Part shown: in pieces, positions 18,509 to 25,519 of the stretch
Numbering within the stretch: the first letter of the stretch is position 1
How the letters are laid out: each line of letters starts with the position of its first letter
DNA from: Candidatus Cloacimonadota bacterium
Lineage (GTDB): Bacteria; Cloacimonadota; Cloacimonadia; Cloacimonadales; TCS61
Assembly: GCA_030595905.1 (NCBI GenBank)
Contig: JAUVLE010000001.1
Location: forward strand, 1 to 58,489
Length of the DNA: 58,489 nt
Direction of reading: 5' to 3'
The notes under the pieces: generated by a model
The model's database searches: none
Seen by the model: only the letters and a program-made list of their open reading frames with translations
What the model was told of the DNA's origin: nothing
Made by a program: the position numbers and the translations under genes

Positions 18509-18540
18509 GCCATTCATTTTTTATGGATGGCTTTTTTGTT
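18509..18540 (+). terminator. rho-independent terminator of the dnaK-dnaJ operon
   Basis: gccattcat-ttttt-atggatggc forms a 9-bp stem including one G-U pair, followed by tttttt. Confidence 0.8.
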
Positions 18541-18660
18541 GAGGATAAGATTTGTTGACAGCAAATATCAATTTATAAATATCACCTAAAAGAATTATAG
18601 AAAAAATGGGGTTCAGATTTAAAAAGGATATTTCAGCAGTGCAAAGAGAATGATATTCGT

Positions 18661-18990
18661 GTGGAAATTAAAGTTGTTAAAACCGGTTTTGTAACAACTT
18701 TTTAATAAACGGAAGTTGAGGAAGGAAAAACTACCCAAGAAACCATCCAAGAAACTGTAGAGAAAACTGCAACCGGGAAAAGGTTTTTATCATTAATTAT
18801 GATATCAAGTATCGAATGGGAAAGAATTAGCTGAAGAGGTGAGAGAGTAAAATCCGGCTTATGTAACAACTATCCGGATAAAGCTGTACAGGATATCGTA
18901 ACTTCTTTTATCATAAGCAAATACTTATGTAACTGTTATGTAACTGGAGGGATAAGTGAAAAGCTGGGAGAAGAGTTGTTTAGAATATTT
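18661..18990 (+). pseudogene. frameshifted remnant of a RecG-like/AAA-4-type wHTH regulator C-terminus
   Basis: One frame reads ...TTQETIQETVEKTATGKRFLSLI.... The next frame reads ...KELAEEV.... This resembles the TTQE-repeat linker plus wHTH (ILxLI..NP.ITRKELAE) of that family, as I remember it. The stretch is broken by stops and frameshifts and has no ORF of 60 aa or more. Confidence 0.35.
18925..18946 (+). repeat. perfect tandem 11-mer (TTATGTAACTG x2)
   Basis: ttatgtaactg occurs at 18925-18935 and 18936-18946. The related word cttatgtaac occurs at 18858 and at 47212. Confidence 0.7.
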
Positions 18991-19259
18991 AAATATAAGT
19001 ACGAATAAACAAAACCTATTCGTACCTTAATTACTGAAAGTATGATAAAGTGACTTCAAAACGTACTTTCTTAATGTAAAGTAAAAAAATGATTTTGAAA
19101 GAAATTATGAATTATCAGAAAATTCAAACGATCGGTAACAAAGAAATCTTAAACGATTCCAAGCTGGCAATTTTCTGCTTTCATAAATGTCCTCCGAAAA
19201 TTGTCATGAAATCAAGCAGAAATAAAGTAAATTATTAAACTTGAAAACAAGGAGTTCCT

Positions 19260-19988
19260 ATGCCCTGTTTCTACACTCCCAATCTAAACAAAGAAGATAA
19301 AAAAATAATCATCTCCGGAGATGAATTTCATCATATTATCCATGTTTTCCGGAAATCACAAAATGATGAAATTCATTTAACGAATGGCTCGGGTTTAATG
19401 GCAAAAGCGAAAATTCATTCCATAACCAAAAGGAATTTAACTGTTTCCATTCTTTCCAAAAAAGATAAAAGTCAATCTAATCTCAAGATCGCCGTTGCTT
19501 TCTCTCTTTTAAGAAACAAGCATGATCACTTGATCATTGAAAAGCTGACGGAACTCGGAGTAAAAGAATTTTTTCCGATCATCACCGAACATTCTGTAAG
19601 AAAACCCGCAAAAAACACAGTCGAAAAATTTAAGAAAACCGCAATATCCGCTATTAAACAGTGCGACAATGCGTTCCTGCCCAAAATTCACCAGGTACTT
19701 TCTTTAAATACTTTTCTTAATTCCAAAAAATATTATCAACCTGTAGTTGCTTTGGAAACCGGCAACTGCAAAACCATAAATGCGCTTCTTGAAGAAGTTG
19801 AAAAACCAATGTGCATTATTATCGGTCCCGAAGGTGGATTTGACAAAAAAGAGATCGAACTTTTTAAGCAGAAAGAAATTCCCTTTTTCAGTTTGGGAAA
19901 TCATGTTCTTCGGGCGGAAACTGCTGCAATAGCTGCTGCATCACAGCTTATGGGATATTACCTGGAAAAGGATTCGGACTATTATTGA
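19260..19988 (+). CDS. rsmE: 16S rRNA (uracil1498-N3)-methyltransferase RsmE
   Basis: 242 aa. PUA-like N-terminus (FHHIIHVFR) and a SPOUT C-terminus (IIIGPEGGFDKKEIE...LGNHVLRAETAAI). Confidence 0.85.
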   Translation: MPCFYTPNLNKEDKKIIISGDEFHHIIHVFRKSQNDEIHLTNGSGLMAKAKIHSITKRNLTVSILSKKDKSQSNLKIAVAFSLLRNKHDHLIIEKLTELGVKEFFPIITEHSVRKPAKNTVEKFKKTAISAIKQCDNAFLPKIHQVLSLNTFLNSKKYYQPVVALETGNCKTINALLEEVEKPMCIIIGPEGGFDKKEIELFKQKEIPFFSLGNHVLRAETAAIAAASQLMGYYLEKDSDYY

Positions 19989-19990
19989 TA

Positions 19991-21340
19991 ATGAAAGAGA
20001 TATTAAAAACAATCGCTGAAGCGATAAAGGGAACACGTTTCCAAAACCGAACTTATGCTGTTGGCGGATTCGTTCGTGACCATGTGATGGGAAAAATCAG
20101 CAGTGACCTCGACATTGTAGTGGAACTCGATAACGGCGGGATGAAGCTGGCGGAGTTTCTTTATGAAAAAGGTATTTCTTCCAGACCGGTGATATTTAAA
20201 AACTTTGGAACGGCATTTGTTCTGATAAAAAACCAGAAGATCGAATTCGTAATGACCCGCAAAGAATCATATAGAGCTAAAGACCGCAAACCGGAGGTGG
20301 AAGCAGGAAACCTGAAGGAAGATATCTTTCGCCGTGATTTCACAATAAACTCGCTCGTTATGAACATCAGCACAAAGAAAATTGCGGATATATCAGGATT
20401 AGGGATTTCAGATATTAAGAATAAAACCATCCGCTCTACATCAAACCCGGAAATAATTTTCAGTGAAGACCCGCTGCGAATGCTTCGTGCTGTTCGATTT
20501 GCCGTTCAATTGGATTTTAAAATTGAAGCCAAAACCGAAAAGGGAATATGGAATAATCATGATAAACTGGAATTCATTTCATGGGAAAGAAGAAAAGATG
20601 AATTTATAAAAATTATCACTTTGTCCAAACCGGCAAAAGGGTTAAAAATGCTTATCCGGTTTGGTTTGATGAAAAACCTTATCCCGGAACTTCTCGAACT
20701 GGAAGGCGTTACACAGAACGAATATCACGATGACGACGTTTGGGAACACACTCTTAAGACTCTACATAATTCCGGCAAAGACGTTGTTGTAAGGCTTGCC
20801 GCTCTTCTTCATGATATTGCAAAGCCACAGACAAGATCATCCGATGAGAACGGTATTCATTTTTATAGACACGAGAGCGTTGGTGCTGAACTATCACAAA
20901 AGATTCTTTCCCGCCTGAAATTTCCTGCAAAAATTAGCAGTCAGGTTGCTCGAATAATACGTAATCATGTCCGGTTGAAACAATTTGGAGATGATCTGAA
21001 AGATATGTCGAATAAAGCCGTCAGAAAATTGGTAATGGATATGGGAGATGATCTCGAACCTTTCCTGCAGCTTGTTCATGCCGATAACATTTCTCATGCT
21101 CCCGATTATTGTCTTCATAACCAGGTTTCCAATCTAAGAAAGCGAATTGCTCTTGTTCCCAAAAAAATAATTGAAAAAAAGTTGCCAGTTTCAGGAATGG
21201 ATATTATGTTACATTTTGGATTAAGTGAAGGAAAGAAGATAGGGATCATTATGGATAGAGTGAAAGAAATCTGGCTGGAATATCCGGATTGGTCAAAAGA
21301 AAAAATATTAAATTCAATAAAACCTGAGGAGGAAAAATGA
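19991..21340 (+). CDS. cca: CCA-adding tRNA nucleotidyltransferase with HD domain
   Basis: GGFVRD...DLDIVV nucleotidyltransferase head, RDFTINS motif, and an HD domain (LLHDIAKP). The ATG at 19991 is preferred over the TTG at 19985. Confidence 0.8.
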   Translation: MKEILKTIAEAIKGTRFQNRTYAVGGFVRDHVMGKISSDLDIVVELDNGGMKLAEFLYEKGISSRPVIFKNFGTAFVLIKNQKIEFVMTRKESYRAKDRKPEVEAGNLKEDIFRRDFTINSLVMNISTKKIADISGLGISDIKNKTIRSTSNPEIIFSEDPLRMLRAVRFAVQLDFKIEAKTEKGIWNNHDKLEFISWERRKDEFIKIITLSKPAKGLKMLIRFGLMKNLIPELLELEGVTQNEYHDDDVWEHTLKTLHNSGKDVVVRLAALLHDIAKPQTRSSDENGIHFYRHESVGAELSQKILSRLKFPAKISSQVARIIRNHVRLKQFGDDLKDMSNKAVRKLVMDMGDDLEPFLQLVHADNISHAPDYCLHNQVSNLRKRIALVPKKIIEKKLPVSGMDIMLHFGLSEGKKIGIIMDRVKEIWLEYPDWSKEKILNSIKPEEEK

Positions 21341-21717
21341 TAGAAAGCAAAATTACTCAAAAGGTAAAAGAAGGCGTTGTAAAAGCTTATCATGCAGGAG
21401 AAGACGTTGTAAATGCTATTGGTAATGTTACAAAAGAAGTAGTCAGTACTGCTAAAGATGAAGACCTGAATACAAAAGAGAAAGTGCAAACACTGGCAAA
21501 AGAAGCTCTGGAAGGTGCAAAAGAAGGCTATAAAAAATTCAGACCACCAACAGAAGATTTCGTAAAAAAAGCATCTAAAAGCATTGTTGAAGCAATAAAA
21601 GTGAATGCTCCCAAAGTAGCAAGTTTCTCAAAAGATGTCCTCGATGGATTGGTTGATGGCGCCAAAGAAGTTATCGACGAAGGTAAGAAAAAGGAAGAAG
21701 AAGAAAAGAAAGAATAA
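21337..21717 (+). CDS. K/E-rich helical hypothetical protein
   Basis: 126 aa. The start overlaps the cca stop (ATGA). Low-complexity amphipathic composition with a KKKEEEEKKE tail. Confidence 0.5.
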   Translation: MIESKITQKVKEGVVKAYHAGEDVVNAIGNVTKEVVSTAKDEDLNTKEKVQTLAKEALEGAKEGYKKFRPPTEDFVKKASKSIVEAIKVNAPKVASFSKDVLDGLVDGAKEVIDEGKKKEEEEKKE

Positions 21718-21784
21718 CGAACGTTTCCAGTACATCTAAAAACCTTAATCTGCCGCTACTAATGTATTCGTGGGAATGAATGAT

Positions 21785-21817
21785 ATCTCGTTCCAACGCA
21801 GAACATTGGAACGAGAT
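21785..21817. terminator. bidirectional hairpin between convergent genes
   Basis: atctcgttccaa-N9-ttggaacgagat, a 12-bp perfect stem. It lies between the stop at 21717 (+) and the stop at 21848 (-). Confidence 0.65.
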
Positions 21818-21847
21818 AATCTTTACTTGTTAAATTGAGAAAATATT

Positions 21848-23302
21848 TTATTTCACCTGTTCCACAGCCCACTGAATTGCATTTTGCAGCATTTCATCCG
21901 GGGGAGTATCTATAAATCCCTGTTCTGTGACAAGTTTAGTCATACCTCTGGAATAATCGATACCGGCTTTTGCTTTTTGGAAGGCTTCATCCCAGGTCAT
22001 TTCAATTCTGGCAACCCCATCTTTTATTGCCTGCATTGCCACATCGGCAGCTTCTACGGCAAATACTCCAGCTTCGTCCATTGTTGGAACAATACTTTCA
22101 GGATCGATCCCGCGCTTTTCTGCATATTTTGCAAGTGAATGAGCAGCAGCAATAGCCATATTATCCGTAACTTTTTTCGCTCTAACCATCAAAGCACCTT
22201 TCAGAATTCCCGGGAAACCGAGTGAGTTATTTACCTGGTTCGGGAAATCACCGCGACCTGTAGCTACGATGTAAGCACCTGCTTCTTTAGCAGCATAAGG
22301 ATATATTTCTGGAACCGGATTTGCACAGGTAAAGACGATTGCTTTATCTGCCATCGAGCTTATCCATTCCGGTTTTACAGTATCAGGACCCGGCTTGGAA
22401 AGTGCTATCATTACGTCAGCACCTTTGCAGGCTTCGGCAAAATCAGCTATCATCTCAGGATTTGTCTTTTCACAAAGTTCCCACTTACGATAGAAGCGTG
22501 GATCTGCTTTGATATCTTCCCTGTTTTTATGTAAACCGCCTTTAGAATCGAAAAGGCACATTTTTTTCGGATCGCCGCCGGCTGTAAGGATGATCCTGGC
22601 AATAGTTGTATTGGAAGCTCCCGCTCCCAGCATAGCTATTTTCACATCTCCGATCTTTTTGTCTGCTAATTTCAAGGCATTGATCAAGCCTGCCAAAGTT
22701 ACACACGCCGTTCCCTGGGCATCATCATGCCACACGGGAATATCACATTCTTCTCGAAGTGTATCGAGAACTTTGTAACAGTTTGGTTGCGAAATATCTT
22801 CAAGATTGATCGCTCCAAAACTGGGCTGGCACATCTTCACAAATTCAATGATCTTATCTGGATCATGCTCGCCTTTTTCATTATAGCTATCCACACACAA
22901 GGCAACTGCATCCACACCACCGAGGTATTTCATCAGGAAGGCTTTTCCTTCCATCACTCCCAGTCCGCCCGGAGGGGTACAATCTCCATCTCCCAGAACA
23001 CGCGTGGAATCGCTGACCACTGCTACGAAATTTCCTCTGTTTGAAAGTTCAAAACTGGTATCGTTATCATCACGAATGGTTGTGGAAATTTTGGAAACAC
23101 CCGGTGTGTACCAGATATTGAACCAGTTAAATCCAAAAACTCCTGCTTTGGGAACGGTCTGGATCTTACCACCATAAAATTTGTGGGCAACTTCTGCCAT
23201 TTTTTTCAGGAACAGTGTTTTTGCTTTTGCTATCTGTTCCTGGCTAAAATTCTCGGGAAACACTTCATTAAGATTTGTGAGATCAATTTTTAGTTTTTTC
23301 AT
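21848..23302 (-). CDS. NAD(P)-dependent malic enzyme (oxaloacetate-decarboxylating malate dehydrogenase)
   Basis: 484 aa of the short bacterial malic-enzyme type. It has VVSDSTRVLGDGD, GVMEGKA and GAGASNT (Rossmann) motifs. Confidence 0.85.
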   Translation of the reverse strand: MKKLKIDLTNLNEVFPENFSQEQIAKAKTLFLKKMAEVAHKFYGGKIQTVPKAGVFGFNWFNIWYTPGVSKISTTIRDDNDTSFELSNRGNFVAVVSDSTRVLGDGDCTPPGGLGVMEGKAFLMKYLGGVDAVALCVDSYNEKGEHDPDKIIEFVKMCQPSFGAINLEDISQPNCYKVLDTLREECDIPVWHDDAQGTACVTLAGLINALKLADKKIGDVKIAMLGAGASNTTIARIILTAGGDPKKMCLFDSKGGLHKNREDIKADPRFYRKWELCEKTNPEMIADFAEACKGADVMIALSKPGPDTVKPEWISSMADKAIVFTCANPVPEIYPYAAKEAGAYIVATGRGDFPNQVNNSLGFPGILKGALMVRAKKVTDNMAIAAAHSLAKYAEKRGIDPESIVPTMDEAGVFAVEAADVAMQAIKDGVARIEMTWDEAFQKAKAGIDYSRGMTKLVTEQGFIDTPPDEMLQNAIQWAVEQVK

Positions 23303-23394
23303 TTCTACTCCTTTATTTTTTATTACTTACTTTTTCTTTATATTTTCCCTTGAGTCCACGCTCTTGAGCAGGAACGGGTTGAGAGCGAAAAGAT

Positions 23395-23522
23395 ACCTTG
23401 AAAAGGTTTAAAAGACTTCTCTTGCTGCCAAACCTTTTCAATGGTTTTCCGCTACCGTCAAATTCCAACCGTTGAAAAGGTCGATGAGAAAGAAATTCTC
23501 TGTGGGTAACCTTTTCAAGGTT
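23395..23522. repeat. four alternating copies of the RACCTT...AAYGGTT hairpin word
   Basis: accttgaaaaggtt (23395-23408), aaccttttcaatggtt (23431-23446), aaccgttgaaaaggtc (23467-23482) and aaccttttcaaggtt (23508-23522). Copies 1 and 4 are reverse complements of each other, as are copies 2 and 3. Confidence 0.75.
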
Positions 23523-23527
23523 CTTAC

Positions 23528-24082
23528 TTACCTCTTATACTTCTCCACACCTTCTTGATAAATATCTTTTCCGTAAATATCATTTGCTACGATGCAGGGA
23601 AAGTTCTCAACTCTCAGTTCCCGTATAGCTTCTGTTCCCAGGTCTTCGTAAGCTATTACTTTTGCTTCTTTGATAGACTCGGCAACTACCACGGCAGCCC
23701 CGCCGATAGCAGCAAAATAAACAGCTTTGTTCTTAACCATGGAATCGATCACCAGCTGGCTGCGAGGACCTTTGCCGATCATCGCTTTAAGTCCGGCATC
23801 GAGTAGAGCGGGAGCATAAGGGTCCATCCTGTAGCTGGTGGTTGGACCGGCAGAACCGATCGGTTTTCCGGGAGGAGCAGGAGCAGGACCCACATAATAG
23901 ATCACCTGTCCTTTAATATCAAAGGGAAGTTCTTCGTTCTTTTCCAATAATTCTACGAGTCTTTTATGAGCAGCATCCCTGCCGGTATAAATTATCCCGG
24001 TAATGAAAACTTTATCTCCGATTTGAAGTTGAGCAAGCTCATCTTCTTTTAACGGAGTTTGTAAATATTTTGTTTTTGGCAT
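23528..24082 (-). CDS. class I fumarate hydratase, beta (C-terminal domain) subunit
   Basis: 184 aa. GIIYTGRDAAHKRL, GPAPAPPGKPIGSAGPTTS.RMD and AIGGAA are typical of the Fe-S hydro-lyase beta subunit (FumA C-terminus/TtdB type). Confidence 0.85.
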   Translation of the reverse strand: MPKTKYLQTPLKEDELAQLQIGDKVFITGIIYTGRDAAHKRLVELLEKNEELPFDIKGQVIYYVGPAPAPPGKPIGSAGPTTSYRMDPYAPALLDAGLKAMIGKGPRSQLVIDSMVKNKAVYFAAIGGAAVVVAESIKEAKVIAYEDLGTEAIRELRVENFPCIVANDIYGKDIYQEGVEKYKR

Positions 24083-24098
24083 TTTTTCTCCTTCTTTT

Positions 24099-24179
24099 TT
24101 AGCAACGAACTACACGAACAATAACTAACAAAACACTCTATTCTTTGCAACGAACCAAACCAACAATAGCTAACAAATC
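24099..24179. repeat. two direct copies of the TTAGCAACGAAC...ACTAACAAA repeat flanking the GxxExxY gene stop
   Basis: ttagcaacgaactacacgaacaataactaacaaaac (24099-24134) and tttgcaacgaaccaaaccaacaatagctaacaaatc (24144-24179). Confidence 0.75.
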
Positions 24180-24573
24180 ACTTCTTTGATGTTATGAAAT
24201 TCGGAATTCTTATGATATCAAAACCTAATCTGTCATTTGGAAAGTTTATCAGAATTCCCAACGCGTAATTTGTTGTTTTCAAATAGTTTAATAATTGTGC
24301 TTTATGAACTTCGGTAATTTTTGAAACACACTTCAATTCAATTATGATTTTTTCATCAACAATAATATCAGCACAATATTCACCGATTATTTTCCCTTTA
24401 TAAAACACATTTAATTTCGTTTGAGTTTTTACGATAAAACCCAATAATTCCAATTCAATTCTTAAAGCATTTTCATATACTTTTTCCAAGAATCCGTTTC
24501 CCAAATTCTTGCGAACCTCGATACATGCTTTCTTTATTTTGTAAAATTTTTCTTTAAAAATTAAATTAATCAT
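24178..24573 (-). CDS. GxxExxY protein (PD-(D/E)XK nuclease-fold family)
   Basis: 131 aa. It contains the eponymous GFLEKVYENAL motif, then D...E.K (ADIIVDEKIIIELK) and ...QLLNYLK. The DNA is AT-richer than the flanking fumarase genes. Confidence 0.8.
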   Translation of the reverse strand: MINLIFKEKFYKIKKACIEVRKNLGNGFLEKVYENALRIELELLGFIVKTQTKLNVFYKGKIIGEYCADIIVDEKIIIELKCVSKITEVHKAQLLNYLKTTNYALGILINFPNDRLGFDIIRIPNFITSKK

Positions 24574-24612
24574 TTTTCTCTCTTTTAACTAACAAACCGT
24601 CTTTTTTTGTTC

Positions 24613-24638
24613 GATTTGTTAGTTTGGTTCGTTGCTAA
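24613..24638. repeat. inverted copy of the TTAGCAACGAAC...ACTAAC repeat upstream of the GxxExxY gene
   Basis: gatttgttagtttggttcgttgctaa is the reverse complement of TTAGCAACGAACCAAACTAACAAATC. In addition, aactaacaaa (24587-24596) pairs with tttgttagtt (24616-24625). Confidence 0.75.
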
Positions 24639-24641
24639 TCT

Positions 24642-25487
24642 TCATATCACTGCGCTTTTATGTCGTGCTGCATGGCACTGCACGTTCACCGCCACAGGCA
24701 TGGAAGCAATATGACATGGTTTTGATAAAATGAAAACACCAAGAGCCGTGGTTCTGCCACCCAGTCCCTGCGGTCCGATCCCCAGGTTATTGATTTTCTC
24801 TAAAATTTCTTCTTCCACTTTCGCCCATTTCGGATCAGGATTTTTTTGATCTAATGAACGCAGTAAAGATTTTTTTGCCAGAAGTGCACTCTGTTCAAAA
24901 TCACCACCGAGTCCGATTCCAACAACAACCGGCGGGCAGGGATTTCCACCTGATCTGCTGATCCTGTCCACAACGAAATCCACAACTCCTTCGATCCCGT
25001 CGGCAGCTTTCATCATTTTTACTTCGCTCATATTTTCCGAACCGCCGCCTTTGGGTGCAACCGTAATTTTTATTTTATCACCCGGAACAATATCCGTATA
25101 AATGAGCGCCGGAGTATTATCTTTTGTGTTCTTTCGCTCGATTATCGGGTCGTCAACCATCGACTTTCGCAGATATCCGTCTTTATAACCCTGACGAACT
25201 CCTTCATTAATTGCTTCGACAAAATCTCCTCCAACAAGATGAACATCCTGTCCAAGCTCGATAAATACAACTGCCACGCCGGTATCCTGACATATCGGCA
25301 TTTTCTCTTTTGCAGATAGTTCATAGTTTTCCAGGAGGATCGAAAGTACTTCCTTGCCGGTTTCCGATTCTTCCTTTTCATAGAATTCTTTGATCTTCTT
25401 AATCACATCTTCACCAATATAATAATTGGCATCGATACACAACTTCCTGATAACAGGAATGATCTCTTTCACATCGATCTGGCGCAT
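24642..25487 (-). CDS. class I fumarate hydratase, alpha (N-terminal domain) subunit
   Basis: 281 aa. MPICQDTG, GGGSEN and other features of the Fe-S type hydro-lyase alpha subunit (FumA N-terminus/TtdA type). Confidence 0.85.
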   Translation of the reverse strand: MRQIDVKEIIPVIRKLCIDANYYIGEDVIKKIKEFYEKEESETGKEVLSILLENYELSAKEKMPICQDTGVAVVFIELGQDVHLVGGDFVEAINEGVRQGYKDGYLRKSMVDDPIIERKNTKDNTPALIYTDIVPGDKIKITVAPKGGGSENMSEVKMMKAADGIEGVVDFVVDRISRSGGNPCPPVVVGIGLGGDFEQSALLAKKSLLRSLDQKNPDPKWAKVEEEILEKINNLGIGPQGLGGRTTALGVFILSKPCHIASMPVAVNVQCHAARHKSAVI

Positions 25488-25519
25488 AGCAACTCCTTTT
25501 TATTTTAAATATATCTTTA

